64,000 nt of DNA from Candidatus Wallbacteria bacterium GWC2_49_35 (GTDB lineage Bacteria > Muiribacteriota > UBA9980). Each line of letters opens with the position of its first letter. The stretch's first letter is position 1. The stretch lies in NCBI GenBank assembly GCA_001791795.1, contig MGFH01000157.1, positions 383 through 64,382 on the forward strand, written 5' to 3'. Below the pieces are notes generated by a model, which saw only the letters and a list, made by a program, of their open reading frames with translations, made no database searches and was not told the DNA's origin. Of the stretch, positions 53,385 through 62,719 are shown piece after piece. The translations under genes were made by a program, and so were the position numbers.

Positions 53385-54394
53385 TGAAAGAATTTTACGA
53401 ACGGGTAGAAAAAATAAACTCGAAATATAACATACTGCAGAAGGTGAAGGCGCATCTGACAGGCATCAACGTCGCCATCAGAAAACTCGCCGCCAACCTT
53501 CTTCCGGACGAAGGCCAGATGCTGCAGTCCGCGTTTCTGCTGCTCGCCGCCGAATGCGAGAACGGCGACGCATCGCCATATATCGATAAAATAGTCGCGC
53601 TCGAGCTTCTGAAAACCGGCTACGAGATCCGCGACAAGCTCGTCAATAAAACGCCGACATTCTCGACGCATTTTTACGTTAAAGACAAGCTGGACATGAA
53701 TTACGGTTTCCTTATCTCCGACATGCTCATATCCAAGGCGCTGTCGCACCTTTACAACAATTCGGAGCGCCGGCTGATAGGACTTCTCGACGACATGGTG
53801 GCCGATATCGTAAATTCGAGGCTCGACGTCGCCTACCTTTTGAAGTCTGAATCGCTCGACCTGAAAAAATATACCGAAATAATAATCCGCTGTTTCAGTT
53901 CCATAATGAAAATAGGGTTCCTCTCGATAAAGCCGGCCGCGGTCATAAACCCGCAGCTGCATAACTCGGCGTTAAATCTGGCCACGAACCTGGCCGTGGC
54001 ATGCGAGTTCGCGGAGGACTTCGCAGGTTTTCTCAAGGCGCCCTTTGCCCAGACCGGCGATATGAGCTACGTGCTTATAGAAAACACCAATCTGGTCTTT
54101 CCTATACTGCTTCTGTCCGAGATAGCCTCGTCGTACGAAACGCACATGCTGAAAAACATCCTGACCGGGCTCAAACATAAGGGCACGCCGCCGACGAACA
54201 AGGAGATATGGCGCATGAAAACCCTTATAAAAAAATATAACGTCAACGATTTCGCTTTGAAAAAGATCAACGACCACGCCGCCTCAGCGCTCATGGAGCT
54301 CAAGATACTCGGCTGGCAGCAACCGGAAAAACTCGACCGCCATATCAACGCGCTGCTGAAATCGAATTGGGACGTCGAACACATCGTGCCGTAA
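53384..54394 (+). CDS. polyprenyl-synthase-like protein with degenerate Asp-rich motifs
   Basis: Collinear with trans-prenyltransferases: ALELLKTGYEIRDKLV replaces A.E..H..SL.HDDL. NYGFLISDMLISKAL matches the GD.L motif region. CEFAEDFAGF replaces FQ..DD.LD. 1-nt overlap with nadB. Confidence 0.4.
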   Translation: MKEFYERVEKINSKYNILQKVKAHLTGINVAIRKLAANLLPDEGQMLQSAFLLLAAECENGDASPYIDKIVALELLKTGYEIRDKLVNKTPTFSTHFYVKDKLDMNYGFLISDMLISKALSHLYNNSERRLIGLLDDMVADIVNSRLDVAYLLKSESLDLKKYTEIIIRCFSSIMKIGFLSIKPAAVINPQLHNSALNLATNLAVACEFAEDFAGFLKAPFAQTGDMSYVLIENTNLVFPILLLSEIASSYETHMLKNILTGLKHKGTPPTNKEIWRMKTLIKKYNVNDFALKKINDHAASALMELKILGWQQPEKLDRHINALLKSNWDVEHIVP

Positions 54395-54420
54395 ATAATT
54401 TGGCGATAATTTATATTCAT

Positions 54421-54449
54421 TTGACATTTTAAGCAAACTTATATATAAT
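54421..54449 (+). promoter_or_regulatory. consensus sigma70-type promoter
   Basis: TTGACA (54421-26), 17-nt spacer, TATAAT (54444-49). Confidence 0.6.
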
Positions 54450-54538
54450 ATTTAGTAAAAAATAAAAAACTGCTATAGTTCTTCAACGTTAAGTGCCTGC
54501 GTAATGAATATAAATATAATATGCGAAAAGAGGAATAA

Positions 54539-56044
54539 ATGAGCGAAAATTTGAAAATCCTTTTCATGTCATCGGAGGTCCATCCGCTTGCTAAAACGGG
54601 CGGCCTCGCCGACGTTTCTATGGCGCTGCCGAAGGCGCTGCACAGGCTCGGCCACGACGTGCGCATAGCGATGCCGTGCTACAGATCCATCGACCGCTCG
54701 AAATTCGAAATGGAATACGTGACCGACTTTCCTCTTAAAATCAATAATTTCACTCATAACTGCATAATCAGGAAAACCGGGATAAAATGCTCTCCCGGCA
54801 AAAAACGCGCTAAAGCCTCCCAGAGCCTGCCTATCTATCTCATCGACTCATATGAATATTTCGACCGCGACGACCTTTATTCGAACGAGGCCGGCGACTA
54901 CGTAGACAACGCCAGAAGATTCGGCTATTTCTGCCGCGCGGCGCTCGAGATGCTCCAAAAAATAGATTTCGAGCCCGACGTTATACATCTGAACGACTGG
55001 CAAACCGCTATCACGGCGCTTTTAACTAAACGCGTCTACGGCGACGAGAGAATTTTCAAAAACGCAGCAACGGTCTTTACGATCCACAACCTTCAGTACC
55101 AGGGCGTTTTCGATATGCAGTCTCTCGTCGATCTCGACCTGACCTGGCAGTATTATTCGCCTGAATACCTTGAATATTACGGAAAGATCAACCTCATGAA
55201 GGCCGGCCTTATCTTTTCAGACGTCATCAATACCGTCTCCGAGACCTATGCGTCCGAGATACAGAGCGGCGCCCTTGGTATGGGCCTTGAAGGCCTTCTT
55301 TCGACCAAAAAGAGCGATCTCTACGCAATTACCAACGGCATAGACTACGATGAGTGGAATCCCGAAACCGATCCAAATCTGGCTGAAAATTACTGCGCTA
55401 AAACTTATATGCAGAAAAAGCCGGCGTGCAAGCGCGACCTTCAGAAGGCCTGCGGTCTGCCCGAAAAAGACGTTCCGCTCATCGGAATGGTTTCACGCCT
55501 CGCCGATCAGAAGGGTCTCGACATAATCGAGCGCGCGATGCCTGAACTCATGAAATTAGACGTGCAGTTCGTGCTTCTGGGCACGGGCGAGCAGCGCTAC
55601 ATCGAAATGCTCTATCACTTTCTGAAATTATATCCTGAAAAATGCTCGTTTTACCTCAAATTCGATGCGTTCGTCGCGTCGAAAATTTACGCGGGCTCCG
55701 ATTTCTTTCTGATGCCCTCGAAGTTTGAGCCATGCGGAACCAGCCAGCTGATATCGCTCAAATACGGCACTATTCCTATTGTCAGGGCGACCGGCGGCCT
55801 CGCTGACACCATAAGCGGTTTCGATGCCCGTACCCAGCAGGGGAACGGATTTTCATTCACCGATTACAACGAAACCGCGCTTTTAAAGTGCATCGAGCAC
55901 GCCCTGGTGATCTATCAGAACCGCCAGATGTGGAACGTGCTTGTAAAAAATGCCATGCAGTGCGACTATTCGTGGGAAGCGGCGGCTCGTAAATACGTCG
56001 ATCTCTACGCGAAAGCGATGGCCAAGCATAGCATAAAATTCTGA
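54539..56044 (+). CDS. glgA: glycogen synthase (GT5)
   Basis: ILFMSSEVHPLAKTGGLADV, HLNDWQTA, PSKFEPCGTSQL, VRATGGLADT. Confidence 0.9.
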   Translation: MSENLKILFMSSEVHPLAKTGGLADVSMALPKALHRLGHDVRIAMPCYRSIDRSKFEMEYVTDFPLKINNFTHNCIIRKTGIKCSPGKKRAKASQSLPIYLIDSYEYFDRDDLYSNEAGDYVDNARRFGYFCRAALEMLQKIDFEPDVIHLNDWQTAITALLTKRVYGDERIFKNAATVFTIHNLQYQGVFDMQSLVDLDLTWQYYSPEYLEYYGKINLMKAGLIFSDVINTVSETYASEIQSGALGMGLEGLLSTKKSDLYAITNGIDYDEWNPETDPNLAENYCAKTYMQKKPACKRDLQKACGLPEKDVPLIGMVSRLADQKGLDIIERAMPELMKLDVQFVLLGTGEQRYIEMLYHFLKLYPEKCSFYLKFDAFVASKIYAGSDFFLMPSKFEPCGTSQLISLKYGTIPIVRATGGLADTISGFDARTQQGNGFSFTDYNETALLKCIEHALVIYQNRQMWNVLVKNAMQCDYSWEAAARKYVDLYAKAMAKHSIKF

Positions 56045-56120
56045 ATTGACTAGAACTTTAATTTTCGATTTTTTGATTTTTTATCTCAAAGTATAAATTC
56101 AACTGTAAGGAGAGAAACTT

Positions 56121-57539
56121 ATGTCGATTAAATTCGGTACCGACGGCTGGCGCGCGATAATGGCCGAAGAGTTCACCTTCCCGAACGTGAGAATGGTGGC
56201 CTACGCCATAGCCAAATACGTTAAAGACTCTCAGAAAGCGTCGAAAGGCGTCGTCATAGGCTATGACACCAGATTTTTGTCCGATAAATTCGCGGAAACA
56301 TGCGCTCGCGTACTTCTCGGCGCGGACGTTAAAGTCCTTCTGATGGAACGCGATTCCCCGACGCCCGTCACGGCTTTTACGGTCGTTAAAAGAAACGCCG
56401 CCGGAGCCATAATGATCACCGCGTCGCACAACCCGCCTTACTACAACGGCATCAAGTTCATCCCCGAATACGGCGGACCGGCCGGGCCGCAGATCACCGC
56501 GCAGATCGAAAGCAACCTGCAGACGATCATGCCGAACGAAAAGATCCTCGAAAAACCAATCGAAAAAGGCATAGCCGAAAAAATGCTCGAAAAAGTCGAG
56601 CCCAGCGAAGATTATTTTAAAAGAATAAACGAACTCATCGATTTTGAAACTATCAGAAAATCAAAGATAGCCGTCGCGTTCGACCCGATATACGGCACCG
56701 GCCGCAATTACGTCGACGCGCTCCTTTCGCGCAACAATATCAGCGTGCGTGTCATACACAATATGCGCGATCCGCTCTTCGGGGGCGGAATGCCCGAACC
56801 GTCGGTCGAATACCTTTCGCAGCTCATATCGATCGTTAAGGACAACAAACTCGCTCTGGGCCTGGCTACCGACGGCGACGCCGACAGGTTCGGCGTGGTC
56901 GACAGCCTCGGCGTTTACCTGACGCCCAACCAGCTCATATCGATCATATTCGTACATCTTGTCAAACGCCGCAAGTTCCAGGGCGCGGTCGTGCGCACGG
57001 TCGCCACCACGCATCTTATCGATAAGATCGCCGAAAAATTCGGCATACAGGTTTACGAAACGCCGGTCGGATTCAAATATATCTGCGAAAAAATGCTTTC
57101 TGAAAATATCATAATAGGCGGCGAGGAAAGCGGCGGACTGTCGATACTCGGACACATCCCCGAAAAAGACGGGATACTCGCGAACCTGCTTGCATGCGAA
57201 GTAGCCGCCATCGAAAACAAGCCGCTGTCGATAGTCTATAAGAACCTGCTCGATGAGTTCGGCGAAGTTTACACCGACCGCATCAATATCCATCTTAAAA
57301 GCGACGAGCAGAAAAACAGCATAATGCATAAACTTAAAGTCGATCCGCCGTCGTTCATAATGAACGTCAAGGTCACTTCAATAAACGATATCGACGGATA
57401 CAAGTTCCTGCTTAAAGACGGCTCGTGGGTTCTTGTGCGCGCTTCCGGAACGGAGCCCGTGCTCAGAATTTACCTCGAAGCTTCTTCGAAGGACATGCTC
57501 AGAAAACTCCAGAAATTCGCCGAAGACATCCAGAAATAG
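56121..57539 (+). CDS. phosphoglucomutase/phosphomannomutase family protein
   Basis: FGTDGWRA, phosphoserine loop TASHNPPYYNGIKF, metal loop TDGDADRFG, GEESGG. Confidence 0.9.
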   Translation: MSIKFGTDGWRAIMAEEFTFPNVRMVAYAIAKYVKDSQKASKGVVIGYDTRFLSDKFAETCARVLLGADVKVLLMERDSPTPVTAFTVVKRNAAGAIMITASHNPPYYNGIKFIPEYGGPAGPQITAQIESNLQTIMPNEKILEKPIEKGIAEKMLEKVEPSEDYFKRINELIDFETIRKSKIAVAFDPIYGTGRNYVDALLSRNNISVRVIHNMRDPLFGGGMPEPSVEYLSQLISIVKDNKLALGLATDGDADRFGVVDSLGVYLTPNQLISIIFVHLVKRRKFQGAVVRTVATTHLIDKIAEKFGIQVYETPVGFKYICEKMLSENIIIGGEESGGLSILGHIPEKDGILANLLACEVAAIENKPLSIVYKNLLDEFGEVYTDRINIHLKSDEQKNSIMHKLKVDPPSFIMNVKVTSINDIDGYKFLLKDGSWVLVRASGTEPVLRIYLEASSKDMLRKLQKFAEDIQK

Positions 57540-57579
57540 GCAGAGCTCAAATTTTAGAAATTCAAAATAATAATAAGAG

Positions 57580-58203
57580 GTGTTTGATTTGGTTAGAAAG
57601 CATTATTTTATCAAAAAGGGACTACAGACCCGCTTTATCGGAACGGTACTGCTCATAGTTGCGCTTGTAATGGTCGTAATATTCTGCAACCTTTATTTCT
57701 TCGGAATGTTTTTGACCCAGGACAGCGAATACGGCGCGAGCTACATCGAGGCGTTCAACAACCTGAAAACCGATCTGGGCACCAAACTTCTCGGCAGGCT
57801 GGTACTTCTCGGCGTGGTCAACGTGATCATAGTCATTTTGATATCGCTGTTTTTTTCGCACCAGATCGCCGGGCCAGTGTATAAACTTGAAAAGACCCTT
57901 AATCAGGTCATCGACGGCGACGTGAACGCGAAGTTCTTCTTCAGGCAGAGCGACCGCTTCGACGAAGTAGCCGAACTTCTCAACGACATGAAGGACAAGT
58001 TCACCGACGCGCTTAAAGTCGCGAAGGAAGTCAACGGGAAATCGATAAAGGCCATAGACGAAAAAGGCGCGGCTTCGCTCGCGGAAGTGAAAGAACTTAA
58101 TATGCAGCTTGCAAACGCCCTCAATGAATTCAATTTCGAAGCGGCGGCAGGCGGAAACGCTCCCGCGGCGGACGAAAAGAAGCCTGAAGAAACTAAAGCG
58201 TAA
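57580..58203 (+). CDS. membrane protein with two TM segments and a HAMP-like linker
   Basis: TMs at RFIGTVLLIVALVMVVIF and LVLLGVVNVIIVILISLFF, then HQIAGPVYKLEKTLNQVIDGDVN...RQSDRFDEVAELLNDM. The start is GTG at 57580 or TTG at 57589 (6 nt after AAGAGGTG). Confidence 0.6.
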   Translation: MFDLVRKHYFIKKGLQTRFIGTVLLIVALVMVVIFCNLYFFGMFLTQDSEYGASYIEAFNNLKTDLGTKLLGRLVLLGVVNVIIVILISLFFSHQIAGPVYKLEKTLNQVIDGDVNAKFFFRQSDRFDEVAELLNDMKDKFTDALKVAKEVNGKSIKAIDEKGAASLAEVKELNMQLANALNEFNFEAAAGGNAPAADEKKPEETKA

Positions 58204-58221
58204 TAGAAAGCCCGTGCGGTT

Positions 58222-58884
58222 TTGATCAAAATTGGTATCGGCGGAATGGCTGGCGCCGGAAAATCCACGCTGCGTGATCTTTTTAAAAGCGACGGGGCCT
58301 TCGTCATAAACCTCGACGAGATCGGCCACGGCTTTTATTCCGACCCGCAGAGCCGCGTTTATAAGTCGGTCGTCGAAAAATTCGCGGACAGGGTCTGCGG
58401 GCTGGTTGAAAGCGATTCGTCGATCAACCGCAAAAAACTTGGGGAACTGGTTTTCAGTGACAAAGCAGCGCTGGATGAGTTGAATTCGATCTTTTACGGG
58501 GAATTTCACTGGTACGTCAAAAAGCTTGCCAGCGAAATAGAGAAGGAGGCCGTCGCCCTGAAAGGGAAAAGTCCCGCGACCGGCACGGCTTCGGATCTTT
58601 TCGTGCTCGATGCATCGGTGCTGTTCGCCGGCGGCCTCGATTCCCTTATGGATTACACCGTCTGGGTGCATGCTTCCGAAGCGGCCCTGATACGAAGGCT
58701 CGTGAAAGGACGCAATATCGAAGAAAAATATGCCGCAAATATAGTCGAAACGCAGTCGAAAACATATGAGGGATGCCGCGAAAGGGCCGATTTCATTGTC
58801 GACAACGACGGCGGATCCGGCGGACTTAAAAGCGAGTATATCAGAATATTAAAGGAGATTCAAAATAATGTCAAGAAAAGTTGA
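58222..58884 (+). CDS. coaE: dephospho-CoA kinase
   Basis: TTG start. P-loop IGIGGMAGAGKST; overall ~200-aa CoaE layout, including the INRKKLGELVF segment. Confidence 0.75.
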   Translation: MIKIGIGGMAGAGKSTLRDLFKSDGAFVINLDEIGHGFYSDPQSRVYKSVVEKFADRVCGLVESDSSINRKKLGELVFSDKAALDELNSIFYGEFHWYVKKLASEIEKEAVALKGKSPATGTASDLFVLDASVLFAGGLDSLMDYTVWVHASEAALIRRLVKGRNIEEKYAANIVETQSKTYEGCRERADFIVDNDGGSGGLKSEYIRILKEIQNNVKKS

Positions 58885-59554
58885 ATGCGTACGTTTTATC
58901 CTTGGCGCTGCGATCGTAGCGATCTGCTGCGGAGTATTCTTTACGGACGTCAGGCCTGCAGCCTGCGCCGGGGAGCCTTTGACCGTTGTAAAGGCCGTCA
59001 GGGACTTTTACTTCAAGCAGGCTAAAGATTTCACTCTCGATTTCAAGGTCGACTCAAAATTAAAAGATATCGCCTTCGCGGGCAAGTTCATGCTGCACGC
59101 GCCTCTTAACTTCGCGATAGAAGCCAAAAGCACCGCGCTCGAAGTGAAGATCGTCTTCAAAAACGGCGACGGATTCATTTACCTTCCCACGGCTAATATA
59201 ATGACTAATTTAGACGCAGTCACGCGCGCGAAGACAAGGGGCATCAAAATTCCGTCAACTCCCGCGCAGCTCGACGAACAGCTTGATAAACTCCCGGCCG
59301 AATTCGAACTTGAAGTTTCAGAAGAAGGCGACAATATAGCCGTCAGCGGAAAATCAAAAAAAGCGCGCGGATCTTTCAAAGCGGTCGTCGATAAGGCCAC
59401 TTACGAAATAAGATCCATAACGACTTTCAATAAAAGCGGCGCGCAGGAACTTGTGATCGAACTTATAAACTTCAAACACGAGGCCGTAAACGAAAAGTTG
59501 TTCGAAAAGCCCCAGGGTGCGATCGAAACGAACCTGCCGATACCGGTTTTTTGA
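58868..59554 (+). CDS. secreted hypothetical protein (LolA-like fold is only a guess)
   Basis: Signal-like FILGAAIVAICCGVFFTDVRPAACA. Beta-rich body. 17-nt overlap with coaE. Confidence 0.5.
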   Translation: MSRKVECVRFILGAAIVAICCGVFFTDVRPAACAGEPLTVVKAVRDFYFKQAKDFTLDFKVDSKLKDIAFAGKFMLHAPLNFAIEAKSTALEVKIVFKNGDGFIYLPTANIMTNLDAVTRAKTRGIKIPSTPAQLDEQLDKLPAEFELEVSEEGDNIAVSGKSKKARGSFKAVVDKATYEIRSITTFNKSGAQELVIELINFKHEAVNEKLFEKPQGAIETNLPIPVF

Positions 59555-59589
59555 TAGTGAATAGTGGACAGTGAATAGTGAATAGTGGA
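59555..59589 (+). repeat. heptamer tandem array (5 units)
   Basis: TAGTGAA TAGTGGA CAGTGAA TAGTGAA TAGTGGA, starting on the nucleotide after the TGA stop (59552-59554). Confidence 0.85.
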
Positions 59590-59658
59590 GGACTTTTTTA
59601 CTGAATTAAAAAGTTAAAAGTCGATAAACTTAACAGGCTTTCAAAATATCAAAAAACA

Positions 59659-59693
59659 TTATCTGTTCTTTATTCTCTATACTCTGTTCTCTG
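59659..59693 (-). repeat. diverged heptamer tandem array (5 units, minus strand)
   Basis: The minus strand reads CAGAGAA CAGAGTA TAGAGAA TAAAGAA CAGATAA, 28 nt downstream of the minus-strand stop at 59722. It is inverted relative to 59555-59589. Confidence 0.7.
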
Positions 59694-59721
59694 ATGAATG
59701 GTCTTCGTGTTTTAAATTAAA

Positions 59722-60549
59722 TTATTTTAATATAAAATTTTTAAAAGCATAATAAATTCCGTCTTCTTCAAGCCGCTTCGTTACGAAGGCGGCTTGTTTT
59801 TTTACAGCGTCGTCGCTGTTGCCCATGGCTATTGACACCGCGGCGGCCCGGAACATCTGAACGTCGTTGAAACTGTCGCCTATGGCGTAAGTACGGCTTG
59901 CGTCTATGCCGAAGCGAGCGGCCACTTTTTCGATGGCGAGACCTTTGCTTACGCCGGCTGAAGTTATTTCAAGATAATTCGGGAATGAATTCACGTACTC
60001 GAGCCTGCCGCGGAAAGTTTTATCAATCGCATCGCGAAACGGCAGAAGAAGCTCCGGCGTTTCAAAGCCCGTCAGCGCCAGCACCTTCGGCGATTCGCCA
60101 AGGCCGGCGAAAGAATCCGCCAGATTATATTTCGCGCCCGTGCGCTTCACGTATTCGGCCAGAAGCTCGTTTTCGCGGTCGACGAACAGCTCGAACGGAT
60201 TGTAGCAGAAGATGGTGATATCTTTTCTCTCGAATTTTTCGAGCGCAGCGACCAGTTCTTTGAAAAGCGCGCCGCCGATCGGCTCGTAATGTATCACGTC
60301 GTTCGCGTCGCCTGAAGCCGCCACGAATGCGCCGTTGAACGATATGACCGGCGAATCCGCGCTGATATTGACGCGCGCAGCTTCCTTCACGGCGGACCGA
60401 TACATCCTGCCCGTAGTCAGCACGATCATAAAACCTTCGCGCTGCGCCTCTACTATGGCTTCAGCGGCCGATTCCGGAATTACGGAGTCGCGGCCTACCA
60501 GCGTGCCGTCTATATCGATGAATACCGCCGAATGATACTTCGCGTTCAT
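59722..60549 (-). CDS. Cof-type HAD-IIB phosphatase
   Basis: FIDIDGTLV (DxD nucleophile motif), TGRMY, GDSFNDVQMF. Confidence 0.85.
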   Translation of the reverse strand: MNAKYHSAVFIDIDGTLVGRDSVIPESAAEAIVEAQREGFMIVLTTGRMYRSAVKEAARVNISADSPVISFNGAFVAASGDANDVIHYEPIGGALFKELVAALEKFERKDITIFCYNPFELFVDRENELLAEYVKRTGAKYNLADSFAGLGESPKVLALTGFETPELLLPFRDAIDKTFRGRLEYVNSFPNYLEITSAGVSKGLAIEKVAARFGIDASRTYAIGDSFNDVQMFRAAAVSIAMGNSDDAVKKQAAFVTKRLEEDGIYYAFKNFILK

Positions 60550-60601
60550 TTATAAATCCTTATTATCACAAGTATTATTTTCTATCTTTCCGCGGAAAGA
60601 T

Positions 60602-61996
60602 CTACTGAACGAGTTTGATTATATTTTCAATGTGGAAGGTCTGCGGGAACATGTCGAACGGCGCAATCTTAGCTATCTTGTAGCTGCCTTTTGCGCACAG
60701 ATGGCTCACGTCGCGTTCCTGCGTGTGCGGATTGCACGATATATAAAGGATTTCGGGTATTTTAACTTCGCAGAGAAAGGCGCGCATGTTTTCGTCGATG
60801 CCGGCGCGCGGCGGATCTAAAATGATCGAGCGGTATTTATCTTCGAAATCTCCCGATTTCAGGCTTGAAAGCGAGCTATTGATAATTTCGGCGGCGTCGC
60901 CGCGGCGCACGTGGTAGTTTTTCGCGCCGGCCGCTCTGGCGTTGATGCGGGCCAGGGCGCAGGCCTGAGCTACGATCTCGATGGCCAGAACGTTTTCGAA
61001 CTTGTGCGAAAGCCCAAGCGAGAGAGTGCCGATGCCGGAATAGGCGTCGATGAGCGACGTTTTTTTATTTTTAAACCCAATGTTGTCTTCTATGAATTTA
61101 GCCATATTCTTCGCCTGCGAGGTGTTCACCTGGAAGAACGAGAGCGGTGATATTTTAAAGTAAGTGCCGTTTATATTGTCTGATATATAATCGTCGCCGA
61201 AAATTTTACGCAGCGGCGAGCGGTTGTCGTTGAGCCTGATGCCCTCGCTGTCCTCGAATATCACGTTGGTGTCGTGCGGATTATGGTAAATATAGAGGCC
61301 TTTGAGGCTCTTGTTCTTCGAAAATAGCGCCTTGGATATTTTGGTCTGGTTGAGAAGAGTTTCGTGGTTGGCGACGAATGTCATCGTCATATCTCCGCTG
61401 TGGCGGCTTTCACGAACCACTATGTGGCGCATCGTGCCCCTTCTGAGTTTTTCGCTGTAGGGAAGGATCTTGAACTGGTTGAGTGTCGATACTGTCGACT
61501 GGACGAGTTTATTGAGCGGTTCCGAGTGAAGAGGGCAGTTGTCGATTTCGACGACCTCATGCGATCTTATCTTATAGAAGCCTGCGCCTATCTTTCCGCC
61601 GCGTGACGCCGCGCACTGCATCTGCAGCTTGTTGCGGTAGCCGAACTGTTCGGGTGACGGCGTTATCTCGTCTATTTTAACGCCGCTGTTCACGAATTTA
61701 CGGAATATCTCGTTGAGCAGCTCCTGCTTGTAGCTAAGCTGGGCGCCGTATTTTATGTTCTGATGCGAACAGCCGCCGCAGACGCCGAAATACTGGCAGG
61801 GCGCTTCGATGCGGTCGCGTGCGGCTTTTATAATTTCGGCTATTTCAGCCTTATAATAACTGTTAGTTTCATGGACGAGCTTGACCAGTACTTCATCGCC
61901 CGGAACGGAATACGGCACGAATACCACCTTTCCGTCTATATGTCCTATTCCGACGCCCTCGCCGCCTAATTTTTCGATCTTGACTGCCTTTTTCAT
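60602..61996 (-). CDS. rlmD: 23S rRNA (uracil-C5)-methyltransferase RlmD/RumA family
   Basis: TRAM-like N-terminus, 4Fe-4S cysteines CQYFGVCGGCSHQ...C, YSGIGTL, DPPRAG, and the nucleophile region YISCNP. Confidence 0.85.
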   Translation of the reverse strand: MKKAVKIEKLGGEGVGIGHIDGKVVFVPYSVPGDEVLVKLVHETNSYYKAEIAEIIKAARDRIEAPCQYFGVCGGCSHQNIKYGAQLSYKQELLNEIFRKFVNSGVKIDEITPSPEQFGYRNKLQMQCAASRGGKIGAGFYKIRSHEVVEIDNCPLHSEPLNKLVQSTVSTLNQFKILPYSEKLRRGTMRHIVVRESRHSGDMTMTFVANHETLLNQTKISKALFSKNKSLKGLYIYHNPHDTNVIFEDSEGIRLNDNRSPLRKIFGDDYISDNINGTYFKISPLSFFQVNTSQAKNMAKFIEDNIGFKNKKTSLIDAYSGIGTLSLGLSHKFENVLAIEIVAQACALARINARAAGAKNYHVRRGDAAEIINSSLSSLKSGDFEDKYRSIILDPPRAGIDENMRAFLCEVKIPEILYISCNPHTQERDVSHLCAKGSYKIAKIAPFDMFPQTFHIENIIKLVQ

Positions 61997-62047
61997 AATT
62001 TACCCCGTGTATTATTTTTTACTGTGATATAAACTTTAATATTCCTT

Positions 62048-62065
62048 TTGTATAATTTTATACAA
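62048..62065. promoter_or_regulatory. perfect 18-bp palindrome (operator-like)
   Basis: TTGTATAA-TT-TTATACAA, 52 nt upstream of the rlmD start. It contains TATAAT. Confidence 0.4.
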
Positions 62066-62264
62066 ACTATAACCCGTGCCGCTTAACGCATTCTGCTTCC
62101 GGCGATAGAGCAACGGGCCGATTAAGTATGATTTTACTATATTTTCGACGTAAATACAAGCAAAATAATTTATTAATTGACGATTTAGCCGTTAAGGCAT
62201 GAATTATGCTTTAAATAAATGCACAACCGGAACGCATATCGAAGAACGGAAGGAGAGGGTCAAT

Positions 62265-62510
62265 ATGATTATCGCTTTTAATATTTTATTGTTACTGACT
62301 CTGATATTGATCGAACTCATCGTTATCAAGCAGTTCTGGATGTTTAATTTCGAACTCCAGAAGGTCAGGGTTAGCGTCGAAAGACACAGGGAACGCATCG
62401 AAACCGCACGCCGGAAGATCGAAATGCTCGATTACGACAAGGACGAGCTGCTTTGCGAAACCTGCAACGAACACCTTATATATAAAAAACGCATGCCTCT
62501 CAATAATTAA
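62265..62510 (+). CDS. small single-TM hypothetical protein
   Basis: ATG at 62265 lies 8 nt after AAGGAGAGGG. TM IIAFNILLLLTLILIELIVI followed by a charged helix. The ORF-track start at 62199 lacks an RBS. Confidence 0.55.
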   Translation: MIIAFNILLLLTLILIELIVIKQFWMFNFELQKVRVSVERHRERIETARRKIEMLDYDKDELLCETCNEHLIYKKRMPLNN

Positions 62511-62558
62511 TCCCCTCAAAAAATCTTGCGAAATTTCCTGATTATTTTAATAAATAGG

Positions 62559-62586
62559 TTGACTTTATTTATTTTTTTAGTATAAT
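62559..62586 (+). promoter_or_regulatory. sigma70-type promoter
   Basis: TTGACT (62559-64), 16-nt spacer, TATAAT (62581-86). About 130-nt leader, with AGGAGG before the ATG at 62720. Confidence 0.55.
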
Positions 62587-62719
62587 TAGTACATATACAA
62601 CAAAAGTATTCAGAGTCAAGTATTGTTAAAAGCATTTATTCATCGATTCGCGTTTAATTTAAAAATAAAATAAAAAAGTATCACGGGAATTTCCAAAATT
62701 CCAGGAGGTAGGCAGTATA

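Noticed and set aside
57622-58671. 349-aa minus-strand ORF spanning two plus-strand genes
   Set aside because: It is antisense to the HAMP-like protein and to CoaE, whose P-loop and layout are recognisable. The antisense product has no motif and is Arg/Phe-rich with low complexity. This looks like a typical shadow ORF produced by codon periodicity.
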